Below, piece by piece: positions 1-7,815 of a stretch of DNA of 23,650 nt. The stretch is from Clostridia bacterium. Lineage in GTDB: Bacteria; Bacillota; Clostridia; Christensenellales; Aristaeellaceae. A program made the translations under genes and the position numbers. The stretch lies in contig JAKSQG010000007.1 of assembly GCA_024404275.1 (NCBI GenBank), positions 1 through 23,650 on the forward strand, written 5' to 3'. Each line of letters opens with the position of its first letter. The first letter of the stretch is position 1. The notes under the pieces were generated by a model. The model searched no databases and was not told the DNA's origin. It saw nothing but the letters and a program-made list of their open reading frames with translations.

Positions 1-885
1 GATGACTTCTATCTTTACAATGCCACGGATGGCGTGATCACCGGTTCCTCCGGCGGTGAGAAGAATTACAAAAAGAACTGGGAATACCCTGCCAACTTTG
101 AGTATTTCAACGTCGATGGCGGATGCGAGCTCAACCAGTATTGCGGCTTCGGCATTCAGCGAGACTCCTCCAGAGGCTCCAAGCAGAAGGCGTTCCAGCT
201 GGTGGCACGCAAAGCCTATGGTACAGAGGGGTTCTTCCGATTCAATCCCTTTGAGAACCGCAGCTTTGATCAGTACAAGTCTCTTAATCTGCGTGCCGCC
301 GGCAGTGAAGGTCCCATCAGCACCCGCTTCCGTGATGCTTATCTGTCTTCGCTTGCAGAAGGCAGCACCAGCTTGCTGACCTCTGCCGCCCAGCCGGTGC
401 TGGTATATCTGAACGGTCAGATGTACGGTCAGTATAATCTGCGTGAGCGCATCAACAAATGGTTTGTCGCGCAGCATCTGGGCATTGAGGATGAAGCGAT
501 TATCGATAATATCGATCTCCTGTGCGAAACGGGCGATTGGGTGCGCAACGGCAGCAATGCCGATTACAAGGCGCTGAGCCGCTTCATGAAGCGCAATGAC
601 CTCAACAAGGGCGATAACCTGCAGTATGTTCTCGATCAGATGGATGTGCAAAGCTACTTTGAGTATGTGGCATTCATGATGTGCAGCGGCAACCGCGATC
701 TGAGCAACACCCGCTTCTATCGTGTGCCGGGCGGCAAATGGACGTGGGTGCTCTACGATTTGGATAAAGCCATGGACGAGTACGATTCCAAATCCGCCTT
801 CTGGCTGTATACGCTCAGCATCGATCACAGCCTGTCCTACATGACCGACCACGTCCCCTTCGTGGCTTTGATGAAGGTGCCGTAG
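1..885 (+). CDS. cotH: CotH kinase-family (spore coat protein H-like) protein, core part. The 5' end is off-window (frame 1 is open from base 1). It terminates at an in-frame TAG at 883-885.
   Basis: The translation contains CotH-family hallmarks: VYLNGQMYGQYNLRERI, GNRDLSNTRFYRV and KWTWVLYDLDKAM (catalytic and metal-binding Asp regions). No stop codon lies between base 1 and the first listed ATG at 34. Confidence 0.75.
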   Translation, partial: DDFYLYNATDGVITGSSGGEKNYKKNWEYPANFEYFNVDGGCELNQYCGFGIQRDSSRGSKQKAFQLVARKAYGTEGFFRFNPFENRSFDQYKSLNLRAAGSEGPISTRFRDAYLSSLAEGSTSLLTSAAQPVLVYLNGQMYGQYNLRERINKWFVAQHLGIEDEAIIDNIDLLCETGDWVRNGSNADYKALSRFMKRNDLNKGDNLQYVLDQMDVQSYFEYVAFMMCSGNRDLSNTRFYRVPGGKWTWVLYDLDKAMDEYDSKSAFWLYTLSIDHSLSYMTDHVPFVALMKVP

Positions 886-1185
886 ATGAAGGACATGTTC
901 CTGACCATTCTCGGCAACATGCTGGCGGATTGCTTCCTGCCCTCGCGGGTGGTCGCAGGCATTGATGAATGGCACGACAGGATGGAACCGCTTATGCCCT
1001 TCCAACTGAAACGCTGGACCAATGATAATATGCATTACTGGGAATCCCTGGTCAAGGCGATGCGTACCTGTGCGGAAAAACGTCCGGAAATGGTGATCAA
1101 GTATACCAAGCAGTATTTCAAGCTGACGGATGCACAGATTCAAACATATTTTGCCCGCTATTATGAAAAGCTCGCCGCCGAATAA
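886..1185 (+). CDS. cotH: CotH-family C-terminal helical segment. It lies in the same frame as the upstream CotH ORF, and its ATG immediately follows the TAG.
   Basis: 886 is in frame 1, like 1..885. The junction reads ccg TAG ATG aag. The sequence MKDMFLTILGNML...IDEWHDRMEPLMP...KRW resembles the usual CotH C-terminal tail. No separate RBS is present. Confidence 0.55.
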   Translation: MKDMFLTILGNMLADCFLPSRVVAGIDEWHDRMEPLMPFQLKRWTNDNMHYWESLVKAMRTCAEKRPEMVIKYTKQYFKLTDAQIQTYFARYYEKLAAE

Positions 1186-1214
1186 TTGCAATTGACTCAG
1201 GGGAGTGCTATAAT
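1186..1214 (+). promoter_or_regulatory. Sigma-70 type promoter for proS
   Basis: TTGCAA (1186-1191), a 17-nt spacer, then an extended -10 TGCTATAAT (TATAAT at 1209-1214). GGGAGGAA RBS at 1233-1240. Confidence 0.6.
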
Positions 1215-1244
1215 AAACCGATATTGTTTTCAGGGAGGAACGCT

Positions 1245-2975
1245 ATGAAGATTGCCAACATGGTCGGCGACCGTTTCCGTGAAACGCCTGCCGATTGCCA
1301 GATCGCCAGCCAGATCCTGATGATCCGCGGCGGCTATATGAAACAGGTTGCCAACGGTATTTATACTTTGACGATGCCCGCCCGCCGCATCGTCCGCAAG
1401 ATCGAACAAATCATCCGTGAGGAAATGGACGCCATCGACGGTCAGGAAGTACTCTTCCCCGTGGTGATGAGTGCCGATATCTGGCATGAATCCGGCCGTT
1501 ATGAAAAGATCGGCAGTGAAATGGCCCGCTTCAAGGATCGCGGCGGCAACGATATGGTGCTGGGCATGACCCACGAAGAAGCCTCTGTGCATCTTGTACG
1601 CGGCACCGCCAAGCCCGAAAGTGCTTATCCTTTTATGATCTATCAGTTCCAGACCAAGTTCCGCGATGAACCCCGTGCCCGCGGCGGTCTGATCCGTGTC
1701 CGTGAATTTACCATGAAGGACGGTTATTCCTTCCACACCTCCCAGGAGGATCTGGAAAAGTATTATGACCGCGCCTATCGCGCCTATGAGCGCATTTACG
1801 CCCGCTGCGGTGTGCCCGAGGTCATCGCCGTCAAGTCTGACTCCGGCATGATGGGCGGCAGCATTTCCCATGAATTCATGCTGCTGACCGATATCGGTGA
1901 GGATACCATCGTCACCTGCCCCGAGTGCGGCTATCGCTCCAACATGGAAGCTGCCGACTGCGTGGTCGAAAATGAATCCATCGGCGAGCAGCCCCTCACC
2001 AAGGTGGCTACTCCCGAACAGAAGACCATCGAGGAAGTCAGCGCTTTCCTGGGTGTCAAGCCCGAAAATACCTGCAAGGCCGTGGTGTATCAGGAGAACC
2101 TGACCGACAAGTACATTATCGTTTTCATCCGCGGCGATCTCGAAGTCAACGAGACCAAGCTGCGCAACTTTGTGGGCTGCGAGATTCACCCCGCTACCGA
2201 GATCACTGCCGAATCCGGCATCGTCAAGGGCTTCATTGGTCCCGTCAACCTCAATGCCAAGGCTCGCGTGTTGTTCGACAAGTCCATCGAAGGTGCTGAC
2301 AACATGGTCATTGGTGCCAACGAAGAGGGCTATCACTGCAAGGGCTTCAAGCCCGGCCGCGACATCAAGGTGGATTCCTACTGCGATGTGGCCAAGACCT
2401 ATGCCGGTGCGATCTGCCCCTGCTGCGGCAAAAAGACCATCAACATCAGCCGCGGCATCGAGGTCGGCAACATCTTCCAGCTGGGTACCAAGTATTCTCA
2501 TTCCATGGGTCTGCAGTTCCAGAGCCGTGACGGCAGCCTGAAGGATGTCATCATGGGCTGCTACGGCATCGGTCTCGGCCGTCTGTGCGCTTCTGTCTGC
2601 GAAGTGCGTCACGATGATTACGGTCCCATCTGGCCCATCACCATCGCTCCCTGGCAGGTGCATCTGTGCGCTATGCGCCCCGACAAGCCCGAAGTGAAGG
2701 AAGCTGCCGACAAGCTGTACGAAACGCTGCAGAAGATGGGCGTGGAAGTGCTCTATGATGACCGTGCCGTCAGCGCCGGTGTCATGTTCTCCGATGCTGA
2801 CCTGCTGGGTGTGCCCGTTCGTGTGGTCGTCAGCCCCAAGACGCTGGGCCGCGGCGCTGTGGAAGTTTCTGCCCGCGACAAATCCTTCCGTGAGGATGCT
2901 GCGCTGGAAGCCGCTCCCGAGCGCATTGCCGCTATCGTCAAGGAAATGCTGGACAAGGTCAACAACATCGACTGA
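1245..2975 (+). CDS. proS: Prolyl-tRNA synthetase, bacterial type with INS editing domain (576 aa)
   Basis: Class II aaRS/ProRS motifs are present: FRDEPRARGGLIRVREFTMKDGYSFH and RGIEVGNIFQLGTKYS, plus a C-terminal anticodon-binding domain. I chose the ATG at 1245 (5 nt after GGGAGGAA) over the track's TTG at 1224. Confidence 0.93.
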   Translation: MKIANMVGDRFRETPADCQIASQILMIRGGYMKQVANGIYTLTMPARRIVRKIEQIIREEMDAIDGQEVLFPVVMSADIWHESGRYEKIGSEMARFKDRGGNDMVLGMTHEEASVHLVRGTAKPESAYPFMIYQFQTKFRDEPRARGGLIRVREFTMKDGYSFHTSQEDLEKYYDRAYRAYERIYARCGVPEVIAVKSDSGMMGGSISHEFMLLTDIGEDTIVTCPECGYRSNMEAADCVVENESIGEQPLTKVATPEQKTIEEVSAFLGVKPENTCKAVVYQENLTDKYIIVFIRGDLEVNETKLRNFVGCEIHPATEITAESGIVKGFIGPVNLNAKARVLFDKSIEGADNMVIGANEEGYHCKGFKPGRDIKVDSYCDVAKTYAGAICPCCGKKTINISRGIEVGNIFQLGTKYSHSMGLQFQSRDGSLKDVIMGCYGIGLGRLCASVCEVRHDDYGPIWPITIAPWQVHLCAMRPDKPEVKEAADKLYETLQKMGVEVLYDDRAVSAGVMFSDADLLGVPVRVVVSPKTLGRGAVEVSARDKSFREDAALEAAPERIAAIVKEMLDKVNNID

Positions 2976-2990
2976 TCGACTACTATTCAA

Positions 2991-3022
2991 AGTCCTGCCG
3001 TAAATGGCAGGACTTTTTATTT
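2991..3022 (+). terminator. Rho-independent terminator of proS
   Basis: AGTCCTGCC (2991-2999), a 6-nt loop and GGCAGGACT (3006-3014), followed by TTTTTATTT. Confidence 0.85.
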
Positions 3023-3078
3023 GACAGACCGGTTAATATTGACTAATCTTTTGACAAAGCATAAAATGATGTATATCA
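3021..3078 (+). promoter_or_regulatory. Cluster of tandem promoter-like elements upstream of the small secreted protein gene
   Basis: There are three -35-like hexamers: TTGACA 3021-3026, TTGACT 3039-3044 and TTGACA 3051-3056. The best pairing is TTGACT, 17 nt, then TAAAAT (3062-3067). Another is TTGACA (3021), 17 nt, then TAATCT (3044-3049). Confidence 0.5.
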
Positions 3079-3099
3079 AAAATCAAGGAGGAAACCCCC

Positions 3100-3504
3100 A
3101 TGAAAAAGACCCTGGCGATTCTTCTGACCCTGGTGCTGCTGGCTGTTTCCGCCGTCAGCTTCGCTGAAGCTGCCGAGCAGGCCACCTGCACCTACACCAT
3201 CTACAACGTGACCGGCGAAAAGGTCACCGAGCTGTACGCCATCGACGCCCTGACCGGCGAAAAGGGCGAGAACTACGCGGGCGAAGCCGGCATCGAAAAC
3301 GGCGGTATCGTGCTGATCAGCAAGACCGTTGATGCTGACAAGACCGGCAAGGAATTCTTCGTCATCGACCTGACCTTCGTGACCGAAGGCGGCTACACCG
3401 GCCACTTCGGCAACCTGCACTTCGAGACCGTGCCGATCAGCCTGCTGAGTGCTGAGGCCGCCGCGGGTGCCACCCAGATCAGCTTTTTCGCTCCCGCCAA
3501 CTAA
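3100..3504 (+). CDS. Small secreted protein of unknown family (134 aa, Sec signal peptide)
   Basis: AAGGAGGA RBS at 3084-3091. The N-terminus MKKTLAILLTLVLLAVSAVSFAEA|AE is a classic signal peptide with an AxA cleavage site. The gene has its own promoter cluster and terminator. I recognise no family motif. Confidence 0.7.
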   Translation: MKKTLAILLTLVLLAVSAVSFAEAAEQATCTYTIYNVTGEKVTELYAIDALTGEKGENYAGEAGIENGGIVLISKTVDADKTGKEFFVIDLTFVTEGGYTGHFGNLHFETVPISLLSAEAAAGATQISFFAPAN

Positions 3505-3530
3505 GCAGATCTGAAACCTTAAGCAAAACA

Positions 3531-3568
3531 AAGGAAGCCATGCAGCAACGCGTGGCTTCCTTTTTGCA
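3531..3568. terminator. Bidirectional rho-independent terminator between convergent genes
   Basis: AAGGAAGCCA (3531-3540) pairs with TGGCTTCCTT (3553-3562). It is followed by TTTTTG on the + strand and preceded by an A-rich tract, which gives TTTGTTTTG on the - strand. Confidence 0.8.
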
Positions 3569-3573
3569 TATCT

Positions 3574-5055
3574 TTACTTTCTTTTGAATCGAGAGGCTTC
3601 CTGCATGGTCAGACCGGTGTCATAATCCCGTTGACGGTATTCACCCGGGTCGCTGTCATACTGGCGTGTCCAGCCGTCCACATCCCAATCCGGGGTATAC
3701 TCGGTACGCCAGGGACGGCACTTCCACTGATATCCGCGGAAGGGGTCACGGGTTTCGTTCATCCAGGTCAGAACGCGGTCATGCAGCGCGTTGCGCACCG
3801 CGGCATATGCTTCATCATCGATCAGATTATGAAGGTTGTACGGGTCTTTTTCAATGTCGTACAGCTCGTCTGTATCGGTCAGGTGCAGTGCCAGCTTATA
3901 ACGGTCGGTGACGATGCCGCGCATCGGCTGCAGGCCGCCGAAACCATCATGATCGCGTTCATAGCGGTTGAATTCAATGAAGGCGTGAGCATCTTCCTCC
4001 TGGTTGCCGCCCTGCAGAACAGGCATCAGGCTGCGACCGGTAAAAGCGTTGGGGATGCGAAGTCCCATATAATCCAATACGGTCGCGGGCAGATCGGCAT
4101 GGGAGACGGTATGCGGCAGCACACGGCCGGGGCAGATACCGGGGCCTTCAAAAAGCAGCGGCACACGCGCGGCTTCATCATAGACGGCGGGACCTTTGTG
4201 GTCAAAACCGTGTGCACCGCAGAATTCGCCGTGATCGGAAGTGAACAGGATCACCGCATCGGGCAGCAGAGCATGCACATGCTCGATTACACGGCCGATT
4301 TCGCTGTCGATGTAGCTATTGCAGGCTAAGAATTCAGGGGCTCTGCGGGCCTTCTCAGGGCGCGCCTGCGCAGCCCAGAGACGCTGATACAATGGCTTGT
4401 TCTCCAATGTATCATGGAAGGCCGGGGTGTCCGGCAACAGATAATCGCGATACATTTCAGCATATTCCTTTGGACATAGCGAAGGCCCATGCGGTTCGTC
4501 AAAGGAGACGGTTAAAAAGAAATCCTGCCCGGCATATTCCTCGATGAATTTCATGGCACGGTCCGCCACACGATGACCGAAGGTGAATTCAGCTTCAATG
4601 CCATCACCTTCCATGGAGGTCTTCTTGCGGCGGGAAAGTCGCCGTGCATCATCATTGGGCAGCTCGTCCAGATAGCATTTCATGTCGTACCAGTAACGTT
4701 CATTCCACCCTTCGGGGCAGACACCGTTGCCGAAGTAGTCGCCGCCGTCCAGATGATATTTACCGATATAGCCGCATTCGATGCCGTTTTCGCTTAACCG
4801 CTGCCCGAGGGTGCGTACATCCGCGTTCAGGGCGATGCAGTTGCCAATGATGCCGTTCTCATGCGGGAAAAGGCCTGTAAACAGGCAGGAACGAGCCGGA
4901 CCGCAGACGGGCTGCGTGGTATAGACGCGCTCAAAACGTGTACCGCGGGCCGCCATAGCGTCGAGATATGGGGTTTTCATATCGGGAAAGCCATAGCAGC
5001 CCAGCATATCATATCGCGTGGAATCGGTCATGATCCATACAAATTGTTTTTTCAC
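3574..5055 (-). CDS. Cys-type sulfatase (formylglycine-dependent sulfatase family), no signal peptide
   Basis: The N-terminal metal-ligand strand is VWIMTDSTRYD. The sulfatase signature C-x-P-x-R sits in TTQPVCGPARSCLFTGLFPHENG. Also present are GKYHLDG and FTSDHGE motifs. The start is GTG at 5055, because the conserved N-terminal strand lies upstream of the first internal ATG. Confidence 0.85.
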   Translation of the reverse strand: MKKQFVWIMTDSTRYDMLGCYGFPDMKTPYLDAMAARGTRFERVYTTQPVCGPARSCLFTGLFPHENGIIGNCIALNADVRTLGQRLSENGIECGYIGKYHLDGGDYFGNGVCPEGWNERYWYDMKCYLDELPNDDARRLSRRKKTSMEGDGIEAEFTFGHRVADRAMKFIEEYAGQDFFLTVSFDEPHGPSLCPKEYAEMYRDYLLPDTPAFHDTLENKPLYQRLWAAQARPEKARRAPEFLACNSYIDSEIGRVIEHVHALLPDAVILFTSDHGEFCGAHGFDHKGPAVYDEAARVPLLFEGPGICPGRVLPHTVSHADLPATVLDYMGLRIPNAFTGRSLMPVLQGGNQEEDAHAFIEFNRYERDHDGFGGLQPMRGIVTDRYKLALHLTDTDELYDIEKDPYNLHNLIDDEAYAAVRNALHDRVLTWMNETRDPFRGYQWKCRPWRTEYTPDWDVDGWTRQYDSDPGEYRQRDYDTGLTMQEASRFKRK

Positions 5056-5089
5056 GGCGGTATTTCTCCTATGTCAAGGATTTGAAATT

Positions 5090-5118
5090 ATCATACAGTA
5101 GAGCTGTGAAGATGTCAA
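5090..5118 (-). promoter_or_regulatory. Sigma-70 type promoter for the sulfatase gene
   Basis: On the minus strand: TTGACA (5118-5113), a 17-nt spacer, then TG-extended TATGAT (5095-5090). Confidence 0.55.
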
Positions 5119-5147
5119 TGAAAAAACGCCGGGGCGAACCCGACGTT
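5119..5147 (-). terminator. Rho-independent terminator of the liv operon
   Basis: On the minus strand: ACGTCGGG, a short loop, then CCCGGCGT (8 bp including one G-U pair), followed by TTTTTTCATT. It lies immediately after the livF stop codon. Confidence 0.7.
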
Positions 5148-5162
5148 AATATTATGTGGGAA

Positions 5163-5882
5163 TCAGCTGCCCAGATAGGCCTTGCGCACGCTGTCATCGT
5201 GCAGCAGGTCGGCAGCACTGCCGGAGATGGAGATTCGACCGGTTTCCAGTACGTAAGCACGGTGTGCCACAGACAGCGCCATGCGCGCGTTCTGTTCAAC
5301 CAACAGGATGGTGGTACCGGCTTCGTGCAGCTCACGGATGATGTCGAAGATCTGACCGACCAGAATGGGAGCCAGACCCATGCTGGGCTCATCCAGCATC
5401 AGCAGCTTGGGGTGACTCATCAAGGCGCGAGCCATGGCCAGCATCTGCTGTTCGCCGCCGCTCAGGGTACCGGCAATCTGCTTTTCTCTTTCCTTCAAGC
5501 GGGGGAAACGGGTGAACATTTCCTCAATAGAGCCGGGAATTTCGGAAGCCTGACGGCTGAAGCCGCCCATTTCGAGGTTTTCACGCACGGTCAGCTGCTG
5601 AAAAATGCGGCGTCCTTCGGGGCAAAGGCTCATGCCCAGCGTGACCATCTTGTGAGCCGGCACGTGACCGATGTCTTTTCCGTCAAAGGTGATATTGCCC
5701 GATGTGGGCTTGAGCAGACCGCAGACGGTGTTCAGCGTTGTGGATTTACCGGCGCCGTTGGCACCAATCAGGGTAACGATTTCATGCTCATAAACATCAA
5801 AACTGATTCCGCGGATGGCTTTGATAGAGCCGTAGGAAACATGAAGATCCGTTGCGGAAAGCAAAGGTGTTTTGTTGCCCAT
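5163..5882 (-). CDS. livF: Branched-chain amino-acid ABC transporter, ATP-binding protein LivF
   Basis: Walker A GANGAGKST, signature LSGGEQQMLA and Walker B LLMLDEPS are present, with the LivF-type C-terminus. Its start overlaps the livG stop (TAATG). Confidence 0.9.
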   Translation of the reverse strand: MGNKTPLLSATDLHVSYGSIKAIRGISFDVYEHEIVTLIGANGAGKSTTLNTVCGLLKPTSGNITFDGKDIGHVPAHKMVTLGMSLCPEGRRIFQQLTVRENLEMGGFSRQASEIPGSIEEMFTRFPRLKEREKQIAGTLSGGEQQMLAMARALMSHPKLLMLDEPSMGLAPILVGQIFDIIRELHEAGTTILLVEQNARMALSVAHRAYVLETGRISISGSAADLLHDDSVRKAYLGS

Positions 5883-6730
5883 TATGCTTCCTCCTGCTGT
5901 TTGCCAAGATAGGCTTCAATAACCACGGGATCGTTCTGAATCTGTTCGGCAGTACCCTTGGCAATGACACGGCCGAAGTTCAGCACGCAAATGCCTTCGC
6001 AGACGCCCATGACCAGGCTCATATCATGTTCGATGAGCAGGATGGCAATCTGGAATTCATCGCGAATGCGGGCAATGGTGCGCATCAGCTCTTCCGTTTC
6101 GGTGGGGTTCATGCCGGCTGCGGGCTCATCGAGCAGCAGCAGCTTGGGGTTGGTAGCCAGAGCGCGCAGAATCTCCAGACGGCGCTGGGCACCGTAGGGC
6201 AGGCTGCCGGCGCGTACATCAGCCAGGTCTTCCATATTGAAGATGTGCAGCAGCTCCATGGCGCGCTGATGCTGCTTCTTTTCGCCCTGCCAATAGGAGG
6301 GAAGGCGCAGAATGCCGGGCAGCATACCGTAGCGGACCTGATTGTGCAGACCGATGCGGATGTTGTCTTCCACGGTCATTTTGTCAAACAGACGGATGTT
6401 CTGGAAGGTGCGGGCAATACCCATGCGGTTGGCGTCCACAACGCTCATGCCGGCGGTATCCTTGCCGTCCAGCAGCACGGTGCCGGTGGTGGGCTGGTAA
6501 ACCTTGGTCAGCAGGTTGAAAACGGTGGTCTTGCCGGCACCGTTGGGACCGATCAGACCGGCAATTTCAGTACGGCCGATGGTCAGGTTGAAGTCATCCA
6601 CGGCTTTCAGACCGCCAAACTGGATGCCCAGATGGTTGGCTTCCAGTACAACGGGCTTGCCGGAGTCACGTTCGGGAATAATGGAGTGGCTGGGAACGGG
6701 AACCATTTTCACGTCACTGTTCAGTTTCAT
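5882..6730 (-). CDS. livG: Branched-chain amino-acid ABC transporter, ATP-binding protein LivG
   Basis: Walker A GPNGAGKTT, the LivG-type motif LPYGAQRRLEI and Walker B LLLLDEPAAG are present. An ATGA overlap joins it to the livM stop. Confidence 0.9.
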   Translation of the reverse strand: MKLNSDVKMVPVPSHSIIPERDSGKPVVLEANHLGIQFGGLKAVDDFNLTIGRTEIAGLIGPNGAGKTTVFNLLTKVYQPTTGTVLLDGKDTAGMSVVDANRMGIARTFQNIRLFDKMTVEDNIRIGLHNQVRYGMLPGILRLPSYWQGEKKQHQRAMELLHIFNMEDLADVRAGSLPYGAQRRLEILRALATNPKLLLLDEPAAGMNPTETEELMRTIARIRDEFQIAILLIEHDMSLVMGVCEGICVLNFGRVIAKGTAEQIQNDPVVIEAYLGKQQEEA

Positions 6731-7803
6731 TTCCCTTCCGCCTCCTTTCCTTTCGGCTGATGGGGTGTTTTGTTAAACAGGAGGCGAACCTTTTCTTTAA
6801 CAACGCCGATAAAGCTCTTCACCTGACGGTTGTTGGTCAGCAGCATGACCGCAATCAGCACGATGGCGTACACCAGCATGCGGTAGGTGCTGAAGGCACG
6901 CAGCACTTCGGGCAGAATGGTCAGGGCGGTGGCGGCGATGATGCTGCCTGTCATGTTGCCGATGCCGCCCAGTACGACAAAGACCAGAATGTTGATGGAG
7001 GTGTCAAACTTGAACTTGCTGGCGGCAAAGGTGGAGAAGTTGAGGCCAAACAGCGCACCCGCCATGCCGGCAAGAGCGGCGCTGGTCACAAAGGCCATCA
7101 TCTTGTATTTGGTCACGGGAATGCCGGTGGTCTCGGCAGCGATGCGGTTATCACGGATGGCCATGATGGCGCGGCCGCTGCGGCTATGCACCAGATTGAG
7201 AATGACAAACAGGGTGAAAAGCACCAGCACAAAACCAACCTCAAAGGTGGCAATCTTGGCAACCTTGACGGCGCCCTGAGGGCCGTTGAGCAGGATGGTG
7301 CCGGGCAGACCGGGATTGTTGAAACCAAAGAACAGGCGGCCGTTTTCAACGGAGATATATACGCAGTTCAGAATGTTGCGGATGATTTCGCCAAACGCCA
7401 GTGTAACGATGGCCAGATAGTCGCCGCGGAGACGCAGCACGGGAATGCCGATGAGCACGCCCACAATGCCTGCCATGCAGCCACCGGCGATGATGGCGCA
7501 GATGAGGCGGAGCAGGGTATCTTCAACGCCCCAGCCCTTGAGCATCAGACCGCTGACGACCGCGCCGGTAAAGGCACCGACGCTCATAAAGCCCGCGTGA
7601 CCCAGCGACAGCTCACCGGAGATACCAACGACCAGGTTCAGGCTCAGCGCCATCACGATGTAGGCACAGATAGGGATCAGCTGACCCTGCAGGGAACGGG
7701 ACATGGTCTTTCCGCTGATCATAATCTGACACATGATATACGCGGCAATGACCAGCAGGAACGGAAGAAGGAAGCTGCCGCCTTTTTTCCAGAATTTTTT
7801 CAT
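6727..7803 (-). CDS. livM: Branched-chain amino-acid ABC transporter permease LivM
   Basis: Polytopic membrane protein with LivM-like segments (GELSLGHAGFMSVGAF, AIRDNRIAAETTGI). AAGGAGG RBS lies 7 nt upstream of the ATG. Confidence 0.88.
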   Translation of the reverse strand: MKKFWKKGGSFLLPFLLVIAAYIMCQIMISGKTMSRSLQGQLIPICAYIVMALSLNLVVGISGELSLGHAGFMSVGAFTGAVVSGLMLKGWGVEDTLLRLICAIIAGGCMAGIVGVLIGIPVLRLRGDYLAIVTLAFGEIIRNILNCVYISVENGRLFFGFNNPGLPGTILLNGPQGAVKVAKIATFEVGFVLVLFTLFVILNLVHSRSGRAIMAIRDNRIAAETTGIPVTKYKMMAFVTSAALAGMAGALFGLNFSTFAASKFKFDTSINILVFVVLGGIGNMTGSIIAATALTILPEVLRAFSTYRMLVYAIVLIAVMLLTNNRQVKSFIGVVKEKVRLLFNKTPHQPKGKEAEGK

Positions 7804-7815
7804 ATCAGCGCCTCC

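Noticed and set aside
883-885. The in-frame TAG in cotH as a pyrrolysine codon.
   Set aside because: No pylTSBCD genes or methylamine methyltransferase context are visible. CotH proteins are not known Pyl-proteins. A nonsense mutation, an error or reinitiation is far more parsimonious. The whole genome is not visible, so this cannot be formally excluded.
1186-1244. A possible T-box riboswitch leader upstream of the aminoacyl-tRNA synthetase gene proS.
   Set aside because: The whole intergenic space is 59 nt and is occupied by a promoter and an RBS. A T-box leader needs roughly 200 nt or more with specifier and antiterminator helices.
1230-2990. A 586-aa ORF lies antisense to proS. Similar very long antisense or shadow ORFs also occur: 3631..4329, 5082..5912, 5852..6760, 6760..8727 (655 aa), 10170..10691, 10567..11319 and 12883..13692. 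Others are 14691..15434, 15154..17763 (869 aa) and 21719..23578 (619 aa).
   Set aside because: Each lies exactly opposite a gene with unmistakable conserved motifs (proS, sulfatase, livFGMH, antiporter, SH3b protein, M16 peptidase, pnp, EF-G). Their translations are low-complexity and rich in G/A/D/H/V/L/Q, with no recognisable motifs, RBS or promoter. GC-rich third positions on the sense strand deplete stop codons on the antisense strand. These are statistical shadows, not overlapping genes.
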